Source: a virus | Taxonomy: Duplodnaviria; Caudoviricetes | DNA: 64,000 nucleotides | Reading direction: 5' to 3' (one strand) | IMG/VR virus record: IMGVR_UViG_3300027365_000007 | Shown: positions 10,119 to 16,410 of the stretch, one piece after another | Layout of the letters: each line of letters starts with the position of its first letter | How positions within the stretch are numbered: the first letter of the stretch is position 1 | Notes under the pieces: model-generated | What the model was told of the DNA's origin: nothing | The model's database searches: none | Seen by the model: the letters and a program-made list of their open reading frames with translations, nothing else | Program-made: the position numbers and the translations under genes

Positions 10119-10337
10119 ATGGGATTTTATATCTTTTTATTGGTAGTTCTGGGAATTACTATTATTGTTCTTTCAGAATGGTTTATTCTCGATAGTATCA
10201 CCAAGCAATTTATATATTTTTTCCTTATTGGTGCTTCTGCGTTTGTATACGTTTGGAATCCGTCGCCGTTACCAATGGCATTCTGTTTGACCTTTGTTAT
10301 TTACTACACAGTGTTTTATTTATTTAGAATAAGGTAG
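10119..10337 (+). CDS. small membrane protein
   Basis: Three hydrophobic segments. Confidence 0.7.
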   Translation: MGFYIFLLVVLGITIIVLSEWFILDSITKQFIYFFLIGASAFVYVWNPSPLPMAFCLTFVIYYTVFYLFRIR

Positions 10338-10341
10338 GTGT

Positions 10342-10599
10342 ATGGGATATGAGAATTCTAAATATTATGACTATACGTGGGATGATGTAAAAGACGCAGC
10401 AGCGTCTTTATACTACATTCTGGGACAATGGCATTAAAGACCCAGCGGGAGAAGTATATTCCAATGCTTTGCCAAGAATGGTGATGGATATTGTACAGTG
10501 TTTGAACCCGTAGATGCGGGTATTAAAGAAGATTATGCCCTTTTATGCCAAGCCTATATTCAATTAAGTGAAGACGGAATGATCGGAAATGGAAAATAA
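10342..10599 (+). pseudogene. small gene with in-frame TAA at 10435-10437
   Basis: AGGTAGGTG RBS; same frame stays open after the stop to TAA 10597-10599, overlapping the next ATG. Confidence 0.55.
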
Positions 10600-11047
10600 A
10601 AAGTTACGCAAGTTACTAGTACCTGTTTTTGATCATCTATATAATCTCTATGATCACGAATTGGAGTCTTATATTCAATATTGGGAAAATGTACAGAAAA
10701 AAGAAAACTCCGATAAAAAAGACTGTGCTGAAAAGTTATCTGCACTGTATGAGGAAAAACGACGCCGTGATGGTGAGAGATCAATGAATGAAAATTGTGA
10801 AAGTACTACGCATGATTCTTTCAAACCATGTCCATTTTGTGGTAACGTGCCAGATATATCTTCTAAAGGTACATTCTTCGATGTAGATTGTTGTGTAAGT
10901 ATGAGTTTCCAGAAGAGTGATATCGTAGATGAATTACTCGGCAAGAGGATTAAATTGGACCCTAATACGTTGAAATATGAAGACGATATAGAAAATATGA
11001 TATTTGAATACGTGAAGTCTAAATGGAACACACGATATAACTTTTAA
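10589..11047 (+). CDS. hypothetical protein with Lar-like KPCPFCG zinc ribbon
   Basis: FKPCPFCG motif and second CC pair. Confidence 0.55.
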   Translation: MENKKLRKLLVPVFDHLYNLYDHELESYIQYWENVQKKENSDKKDCAEKLSALYEEKRRRDGERSMNENCESTTHDSFKPCPFCGNVPDISSKGTFFDVDCCVSMSFQKSDIVDELLGKRIKLDPNTLKYEDDIENMIFEYVKSKWNTRYNF

Positions 11048-11079
11048 CATAATTAAAACTTAATAAGGTAAAAATACTA

Positions 11080-11331
11080 ATGGCTGATATTAACAACCAA
11101 ACCCCTACTGATGAAATGATCTCCAATATGAGTGTGAAAGATCTGGAAGCATTGAAGCTCTCATGGATTCGTGAACGTGAGAAGCTTTATCAACTTGTTG
11201 ATAAGTGTGATGAAATTATCATGAAGGTGCATTATTCATTGCAGGGCAAAGGCAATATCGATCAACATATTGACGAAACACAAAATGTAACAGTTACAGA
11301 TTTGGACATCAAAACTGGTGATGGAAATTAA
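11080..11331 (+). CDS. hypothetical protein
   Basis: AAGG RBS, 83 aa. Confidence 0.7.
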   Translation: MADINNQTPTDEMISNMSVKDLEALKLSWIREREKLYQLVDKCDEIIMKVHYSLQGKGNIDQHIDETQNVTVTDLDIKTGDGN

Positions 11332-11344
11332 ATCTTAGAATTGT

Positions 11345-11683
11345 ATGAATATAACTAGTGTGATACGTGATCTCGAAGCGATTAAAGAATTTCTCATAGA
11401 CAGAAATCATATACATGCGCTGAGTAGATGCGAAGAACTTAATGATGGATTGATAGAAATTCTAGACCCTCATTGGAACATTCAAAGCTCAGATGATCAA
11501 TATACTGACCCGGAAATGTGGGATTTTCAACCTATATACAATGACATCCAGCCAATATTAGAAATTTTACGTTTTGTTGATTCATTTAACGGGATATACG
11601 CAGAATATGAGAGGTTGGACATAGAAGCAATGAATGATGCATGTGTAATGGTTGAAAATATTATTGAAAAGATAGGAGATTAG
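11345..11683 (+). CDS. hypothetical protein
   Basis: 112 aa, tandem. Confidence 0.7.
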   Translation: MNITSVIRDLEAIKEFLIDRNHIHALSRCEELNDGLIEILDPHWNIQSSDDQYTDPEMWDFQPIYNDIQPILEILRFVDSFNGIYAEYERLDIEAMNDACVMVENIIEKIGD

Positions 11684-11684
11684 T

Positions 11685-12089
11685 GTGAAGAAAGAGAAAA
11701 AGTTTTTTGAAGAGCATAGTGAAGGACAGGTTTTTTATTCCCCAATTCTTAATGGTCAATTCCAAAAATTTTATACAACAGTTATTGAAGAAGCGAGTAA
11801 AGACACTTATATGAAGTTTTCAACAAATTTCTTTTCATCTTCACTTCCATGGCGTAAAGAACTATTTGGAAAGCAAGACTTTTGTACTAGTGATTCTTCT
11901 AATAGACGACTGTATGTTTGGCGTATTAATTTCGTAAACGGTGTATTGTGGATTCTAAGCGGTGGTAATGGCCGTGGAACTTCTTACGAATGGTATTCCG
12001 AAGATAATAAGTACGAAGAGCTTTATAAAGAACTTATTGAATACCTTCTTAATATCTATGATTTGAAAGAATTATTAAATTATACGTAG
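11685..12089 (+). CDS. hypothetical protein
   Basis: GTG start after GGAG, 134 aa. Confidence 0.7.
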   Translation: MKKEKKFFEEHSEGQVFYSPILNGQFQKFYTTVIEEASKDTYMKFSTNFFSSSLPWRKELFGKQDFCTSDSSNRRLYVWRINFVNGVLWILSGGNGRGTSYEWYSEDNKYEELYKELIEYLLNIYDLKELLNYT

Positions 12090-12099
12090 ATGTAGTGTA

Positions 12100-12525
12100 A
12101 TGGAAACAATAACACAAAATTATACAAGTATCGTAGAAATAAGTGCAGGCGATGAAATTATTAAAAAATATATGGAATATCTCGAAAATTCGAATATCAA
12201 AACTTATATAACAGATGTACCCGTATGTGAAATTGATGGTCGTGTATATTGCGCCCAAGCACACATTAAGGATTTCACTAATGAAAGTATGACATCATCG
12301 TTTATGATGGGGGAGTATATATGTCCGTTTTCTTTCGAAACAAAGACACCGTATGTTGATGTTGTTGATGAGGTCTTAGAGGATGTGTTTAGATGTATAA
12401 AACGTGACTGTCTTAGAAGTAAATATAAAACGGTTGCTTTATACCGTTTCACTATTTCAGTACAGTATGATTTTGATAATGAGAAAATGAAATTAAACTG
12501 TCGTTATTCTTATGCAAATGAATGA
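12100..12525 (+). CDS. hypothetical protein, tandem paralogue of 12546..12971
   Basis: Shared FM.GE..P.SF...VDEVL..F..IK motif. Confidence 0.75.
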   Translation: METITQNYTSIVEISAGDEIIKKYMEYLENSNIKTYITDVPVCEIDGRVYCAQAHIKDFTNESMTSSFMMGEYICPFSFETKTPYVDVVDEVLEDVFRCIKRDCLRSKYKTVALYRFTISVQYDFDNEKMKLNCRYSYANE

Positions 12526-12545
12526 CGTAACAAATAGGGTATATT

Positions 12546-12971
12546 ATGAATACTAAAGTAAATGAATATGTGACAGAAGTATGTATCGATAGTGATGATG
12601 AATGCTTACATAAGTATTTCGATGAATTGAATGGATTGGGGTATAGTGTGACAGCCGTAAACTCCCCGGTTGTTAAACACAATAATACCTCATATACTAT
12701 ATCTAGTTATAAATATGAAATATGTCATCAATCTATTGTACAACAATTTATGGTTGGTGAAACCTTAGATCCTGACTCGTTTCAAAAAACAAACTATACT
12801 CAGGTTGCTGTTGATGAGGTTTTGTATGGTATCTTTTATGATATCAAAGAAGCTCTCAGAAACAATAATAAGAAGGAACTATTATTTTATAATACTACTA
12901 TGCGTATTGTCTATGACCATACGAAAAGCTGTTTAAAACTTGGCGTCTTATACAGAGTTCAATATGTGTGA
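12546..12971 (+). CDS. hypothetical protein, tandem paralogue of 12100..12525
   Basis: Shared FM.GE..P.SF...VDEVL..F..IK motif. Confidence 0.75.
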   Translation: MNTKVNEYVTEVCIDSDDECLHKYFDELNGLGYSVTAVNSPVVKHNNTSYTISSYKYEICHQSIVQQFMVGETLDPDSFQKTNYTQVAVDEVLYGIFYDIKEALRNNNKKELLFYNTTMRIVYDHTKSCLKLGVLYRVQYV

Positions 12972-13010
12972 ATATTAGACATGAAACATTATAACCATAG
13001 GATATAACGT

Positions 13011-13307
13011 ATGAATATTTTTAAGAAATTGTTTTCTAAGCTCAGTAGACAACGACAAGTACAACCATGTGACCATGTGTTTTTTCCATATTATGATGAA
13101 ACGGTGAATCGCAGATACCCAATAGGACAACGTTGTGCTTTATGTCATAAATTTAACTCTAATGAAGAACTTGGTATAAGTTTTGATCATATTGACATTG
13201 AAAAGAAACATAGACCTGAAAATGTCACCTGTGTTCACGGAAACATAAATGGAGTACCGGCATGTCCGCCCGGTGAGAACTGCTATTCCTCTAAGAAGCG
13301 TAAATAA
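13011..13307 (+). CDS. Cys-rich hypothetical protein
   Basis: 98 aa; CDH, CxxC and further Cys. Confidence 0.65.
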   Translation: MNIFKKLFSKLSRQRQVQPCDHVFFPYYDETVNRRYPIGQRCALCHKFNSNEELGISFDHIDIEKKHRPENVTCVHGNINGVPACPPGENCYSSKKRK

Positions 13308-13427
13308 GATGTGACCGTTGATAAGTATGAAACATCGAAAGCAATTTAGAACAAAAGACAGAGTGAGGAAAAAATTGCATCCTAGATAAAAATCATATAT
13401 GATGTTTTAGAAAACCAAAAAAAGAGC

Positions 13428-13456
13428 TTGACAGGATGTATAAATAGCTTTACACT
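13428..13456 (+). promoter_or_regulatory. sigma70-type promoter of tRNA operon 1
   Basis: TTGACA 13428-13433, 17-nt spacer, TACACT 13451-13456. Confidence 0.85.
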
Positions 13457-13554
13457 ATGTTCAAGATAAAAAATTACAGAGTTTTAGAGACAATGTTGTC
13501 TCTTCTATAAATAACATTAACTTAGAAAGAAAAGAATTTAAGAGAGAAACCAAA

Positions 13555-13674
13555 ATGACTATTTTCGCACAGATGCACAAACAAGAACAGTTTAAGGGAA
13601 GTGAATTCCCCCGTGCAATTGTATCGTCAGATAGCATCTGTGGTTGGTCACAAGATGACTATGAGGGTTTCTAG
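13555..13674 (+). CDS. leader peptide 1 (39 aa, MTIFAQMHKQEQFKGSEFPRAIVSSDSICGWSQDDYEGF)
   Basis: ATG 13555 after AGAGAG, TAG 13672-13674; frame and stop position kept in both copies. Confidence 0.75.
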   Translation: MTIFAQMHKQEQFKGSEFPRAIVSSDSICGWSQDDYEGF

Positions 13675-13713
13675 CTTATGATTAAGTAAACAACACATAA
13701 GCAAAGTAAGATA

Positions 13714-13749
13714 AAGAAACCCTTCTATTGAGAAGGGTTTCTTAGTTTT
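13714..13749 (+). terminator. attenuator terminator 1
   Basis: AAGAAACCCTTCT-ATTG-AGAAGGGTTTCTT 13-bp stem then AGTTTT; the 5' arm can alternatively pair with AGGGTTTCT 13664-13672. Confidence 0.85.
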
Positions 13750-13764
13750 AGATAAAAAGAATTT

Positions 13765-13840
13765 GCGGGCTTAGCTCAGTTGGTAGAGCGTCGTCCTTCC
13801 AAGTCGATGGTCATCGGTTCGAATCCGATAGTCCGCTCCA
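13765..13840 (+). tRNA. tRNA-Gly(TCC)
   Basis: Cloverleaf, loop CT-TCC-AA, encoded CCA. Confidence 0.9.
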
Positions 13841-13864
13841 ATTTAAAATTTGTGGAAGGTAAGT

Positions 13865-14134
13865 ATGGATGTCAAAGTAAATCCTAAGATTGCTTCATTT
13901 TTAAAATTCGTAATGTGTGGATACATTAAAGTTGGCGATGAAATATGGTCAACAGGGACACGAGGTGAAAAGAAGCTAACGAAGTCACAAATTAAGTCAA
14001 TCGAAAAGACTGGTATTGTAAGTTTTGATTGGCAAGAGGATTGTATTAAGTTACAATCAACGGTAGATTTGGTACGTGTTTCGCCTATTGGCAAAGTACC
14101 ATATAAGACGTTTAACGTAGAATATAACGAATAA
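13865..14134 (+). CDS. hypothetical protein, paralogue of 19847..20128
   Basis: VNP..ASFL.F.M.GY.KVG motif; GGAAGG RBS. Confidence 0.75.
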   Translation: MDVKVNPKIASFLKFVMCGYIKVGDEIWSTGTRGEKKLTKSQIKSIEKTGIVSFDWQEDCIKLQSTVDLVRVSPIGKVPYKTFNVEYNE

Positions 14135-14140
14135 GTTTTA

Positions 14141-14230
14141 GGAGGGGTGGCAGAGCGGCTGAATGCAGCGGTCTTGAAAACCGCCGAGCCCTTCGGGGCT
14201 CCGTGGGTTCAAATCCCACCCCCTCCGCCA
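14141..14230 (+). tRNA. tRNA-Ser(TGA)
   Basis: Long variable arm, GCGGT-CTTGAAA-ACCGC, CCA. Confidence 0.95.
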
Positions 14231-14238
14231 AAATTTAA

Positions 14239-14309
14239 GCCTTGGGTTCTGGGAACAGGTTGGGCTCCAAACCTGACCGTGCAGGGTTCGATTCCTTGAC
14301 AAGGTGCCA
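14239..14309 (+). tRNA. non-canonical tRNA-Trp(CCA)
   Basis: 71 nt; 3-nt D-loop, 7-bp anticodon stem, loop CT-CCA-AA, G discriminator, CCA. Confidence 0.75.
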
Positions 14310-14317
14310 TATAAAAT

Positions 14318-14391
14318 GGCGGGTTGGCCGAGTGGCTAGGCGGTGGACTGCAAATCCACCTACGGGGGTTCGATTCCCTCACTCGTCTCCA
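14318..14391 (+). tRNA. tRNA-Cys(GCA)
   Basis: GTGGA-CTGCAAA-TCCAC, U discriminator, CCA. Confidence 0.9.
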
Positions 14392-14424
14392 AACAAAAAA
14401 GTTTGAGAAAATAGAAAAAAGTAC

Positions 14425-14453
14425 TTGACAGGAAGCATAAATAAGATTACACT
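14425..14453 (+). promoter_or_regulatory. sigma70-type promoter of tRNA operon 2
   Basis: TTGACA 14425-14430, 17-nt spacer, TACACT 14448-14453. Confidence 0.85.
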
Positions 14454-14552
14454 TAACTCAAGTATTAAAAAATGCAGAGTTTTAGAGGCAATGTTGTCTC
14501 TTCTATAAATAACATTAACTTAGAAAGAGAAGAATTTAAGAGAGAAACCAAA

Positions 14553-14675
14553 ATGACTATTTTCGCACAGATGCACAAACAAGAACAGTTTAAGGGAAGT
14601 GAATTCCCCCGTGCAATTGTATCTTTTGATCGTGAGATCATGGATAGTGCGAAAGGGGAGATTAAGGGTTTCTAG
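14553..14675 (+). CDS. leader peptide 2 (40 aa, MTIFAQMHKQEQFKGSEFPRAIVSFDREIMDSAKGEIKGF)
   Basis: ATG 14553, TAG 14673-14675; 3' part of track ORF 14472..14675. Confidence 0.75.
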   Translation: MTIFAQMHKQEQFKGSEFPRAIVSFDREIMDSAKGEIKGF

Positions 14676-14716
14676 CTTATGATTAAGTAAACGACACATA
14701 AGCAAAGTAGATAAAG

Positions 14717-14749
14717 AAACCCTTCCACTGAGAAGGGTTTTTTAGTTTT
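14717..14749 (+). terminator. attenuator terminator 2
   Basis: AAACCCTTC-CACTGA-GAAGGGTTT plus U tract; the 5' arm can alternatively pair with AAGGGTTTCT 14664-14673. Confidence 0.85.
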
Positions 14750-14763
14750 AGATAAAAGATTTT

Positions 14764-14840
14764 GGAACGGTAGCTCAGTTGGTAGTAGCAGTGGTGTGAA
14801 GTACCACGTGTCGATGGTTCGAATCCATCCCGTTCTACCA
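14764..14840 (+). tRNA. tRNA-Phe(GAA), unusual anticodon loop
   Basis: GTGGT-GTGAAGT-ACCAC, CCA. Confidence 0.8.
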
Positions 14841-14883
14841 AATTAGGCTTTACGCCATGTTCTTTAAAAATTATTTATATTTA

Positions 14884-14960
14884 GCGGCATTAGTTCAGTT
14901 GGTTAGAACGCTACACTGTCACTGTAGAGGTCGCGGGTTCGAGTCCCGCATGTCGCGCCA
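14884..14960 (+). tRNA. tRNA-Asp(GTC)
   Basis: CTACA-CTGTCAC-TGTAG, CCA. Confidence 0.95.
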
Positions 14961-15075
14961 AATTCAAAACCAAATTTGACAAGGGTTTGGGTAATAAGTT
15001 AGAGTGATATAACCATCACTTACCTTGTCGAAATTTATTTCTATAATTGATAAAAAAGTAAATCAATTATAACGA

Positions 15076-15167
15076 AGTGAAGTGGGTGAGCGGTCAAAAC
15101 CAGCACACTGCTAATGTGCCGACCCGCTTTTGCGGGTCCGAGGGTTCGAATCCCTCCTTCACTGCCA
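15076..15167 (+). tRNA. tRNA-Ser(GCT)
   Basis: GCACA-CTGCTAA-TGTGC, long variable arm, CCA. Confidence 0.9.
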
Positions 15168-15173
15168 GTTTCA

Positions 15174-15250
15174 AGTGGCTTAGCTCAGTTGGCTAGAGCG
15201 GTGCCCTTACAAGGCATAGGTCGATGGTTTGATCCCATCCGCACCGACCA
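15174..15250 (+). tRNA. tRNA-Val(TAC), probably pseudo
   Basis: Anticodon arm intact; acceptor stem largely unpaired; T-loop TTTGATC. Confidence 0.6.
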
Positions 15251-15259
15251 TTTTTTTCT

Positions 15260-15335
15260 GTCCCGTTCGTCTAGTTGGTCAGGACACTGGCCTTTCACGT
15301 CAGTAACAGGGGTTCGAGCCCCCTACGGGACACCA
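15260..15335 (+). tRNA. tRNA-Glu(TTC)
   Basis: CTGGC-CTTTCAC-GTCAG, CCA. Confidence 0.9.
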
Positions 15336-15358
15336 AATTTTGATAGTAACGACTATCT

Positions 15359-15435
15359 AGGAATGTAGCTCAGTTGGTGAGAGCGTTCGGCTGATAACCG
15401 AAAGGACGCAAGTTCGAGTCTTGCCATTCCTACCA
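15359..15435 (+). tRNA. tRNA-Ile(GAT)
   Basis: TTCGG-CTGATAA-CCGAA, CCA. Confidence 0.95.
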
Positions 15436-15470
15436 AATTTTTCACTACCTGATGTATTCCGGGTAGTCTC

Positions 15471-15546
15471 TGGGGTGAGGTGTAATGGTTGCACATCGGC
15501 CTTTTAAGCCGAAAGGAGTAGAGTTCGATTCTCACCACCCCAACCA
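15471..15546 (+). tRNA. tRNA-Lys(TTT)
   Basis: TCGGC-CTTTTAA-GCCGA, CCA; T-stem has a bulge. Confidence 0.85.
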
Positions 15547-15554
15547 TTTTATTT

Positions 15555-15630
15555 GTCTCGTTCGTCTAGTTGGTCAGGACACTAGGCTTTCACCCTAGAA
15601 ATGTTGAGTTCGAGCCCCTACGGGACGCCA
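15555..15630 (+). tRNA. tRNA-Glu(TTC) second copy, degenerate T-arm
   Basis: CTAGG-CTTTCAC-CCTAG; T-stem mispaired. Confidence 0.6.
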
Positions 15631-15653
15631 AATTTTCATAGATGTAATTGTCA

Positions 15654-15682
15654 TTGAAGAATATCGTGCAATATATTATACT
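15654..15682 (+). promoter_or_regulatory. possible internal sigma70 promoter
   Basis: TTGAAG, 17-nt spacer, TATACT. Confidence 0.45.
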
Positions 15683-15713
15683 GTAGTTAATGAAAAGAAA
15701 AGGACGGTGTTAA

Positions 15714-16232
15714 ATGAATTATTTACAAAACCATTGTTATTGTACAGAATCGAACTGGGATAGATCATCTTACAGTTGTAGAAATATGGTTTGGTTCCAT
15801 TCCTATATGAATGAAGACAAAACCGATTGGGCGAACCTTGTTGATGAAAAGAGTGAAAGTTTCATTGACTATAATAGAATGAAAGTCCATAATGAAGTTT
15901 CTGAAGAAATGAATCTTCCAGTAATTACAGATCCTGAGAGGTTTCGAAAGGATGTGGTAAATTTAAAACCACACGTTCTTCGTTGGTTGGAAGATAACGT
16001 TGATGATCGCGATGATGAAGAATGTATTAAAGGCTGGTGTATCGGCTCTATTAAGTATAGATCAAGTAACGATACTATCATGACAATATTCTTTCATCGC
16101 GAAACAGATGCTATGAAATTTATCAAGGAATTTAGTGTAAATAAAAAACCTGTTTTTTACCATAATTATTTTGATGATGTTAAAAAGATTTTAAATCTGG
16201 AAACAGGTAAATATAGGAGTTTCGGAGTGTAG
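15714..16232 (+). CDS. hypothetical protein
   Basis: 172 aa; 3' end overlaps the pseudo-tRNA-Ala. Confidence 0.7.
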   Translation: MNYLQNHCYCTESNWDRSSYSCRNMVWFHSYMNEDKTDWANLVDEKSESFIDYNRMKVHNEVSEEMNLPVITDPERFRKDVVNLKPHVLRWLEDNVDDRDDEECIKGWCIGSIKYRSSNDTIMTIFFHRETDAMKFIKEFSVNKKPVFYHNYFDDVKKILNLETGKYRSFGV

Positions 16233-16298
16233 CGCAGTTGGGAGAGCGATGCCCTTGCAAGGCATAGGTCGTCGGTTAGATCCCGTCCTTCTCCACCA
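16224..16298 (+). tRNA. tRNA-Ala(TGC), probably pseudo
   Basis: ATGCC-CTTGCAA-GGCAT; acceptor out of register; T-loop TTAGATC. Confidence 0.55.
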
Positions 16299-16305
16299 TT
16301 TTTGT

Positions 16306-16383
16306 TGGGATGTCGCCAAGTTGGTCTAAGGCATTCGGTTTTGATCCGAATATTCGGGGGTTCGAATCCCACCACTCCAACCA
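16306..16383 (+). tRNA. tRNA-Gln(TTG)
   Basis: TTCGG-TTTTGAT-CCGAA, CCA; single mismatches in acceptor and T stems. Confidence 0.75.
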
Positions 16384-16410
16384 AATTTTGCTTTAAGAGT
16401 AAATAAAGAT

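Larger units (their letters stand above)
13477..13760 (+). repeat. tRNA-operon leader, copy 1 (near-identical to 14475-14759 except for the codon cassette)
   Basis: Direct comparison of the two regions. Confidence 0.95.
14475..14759 (+). repeat. tRNA-operon leader, copy 2
   Basis: Near-identical to 13477-13760 outside the cassette. Confidence 0.95.

Noticed and set aside
13555-13760. T-box riboswitch
   Set aside because: No T-box antiterminator consensus (UGGNACC bulge) or specifier stem; an intact leader ORF is present instead.
14472-14552. N-terminal extension of track ORF 14472..14675
   Set aside because: Copy 1 lacks this ATG; the shared start is ATG 14553/13555, and the extension lies in the structured 5' region.
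13477-14759. CRISPR mini-array or Cas9-type repeat (GTTTTAGAG at the start of both leaders; conserved-variable-conserved layout)
   Set aside because: Only two copies ~1 kb apart, the conserved flanks are far longer than CRISPR repeats, the variable part keeps reading frame and stop codon, and no cas genes are present; the attenuator model explains all features.
15114-16384. Track ORFs overlapping tRNA genes (15114..15368, 15353..15547, 16166..16384; also 21309..21557 and 22090..22188)
   Set aside because: Spurious frames through GC-rich tRNA sequence.
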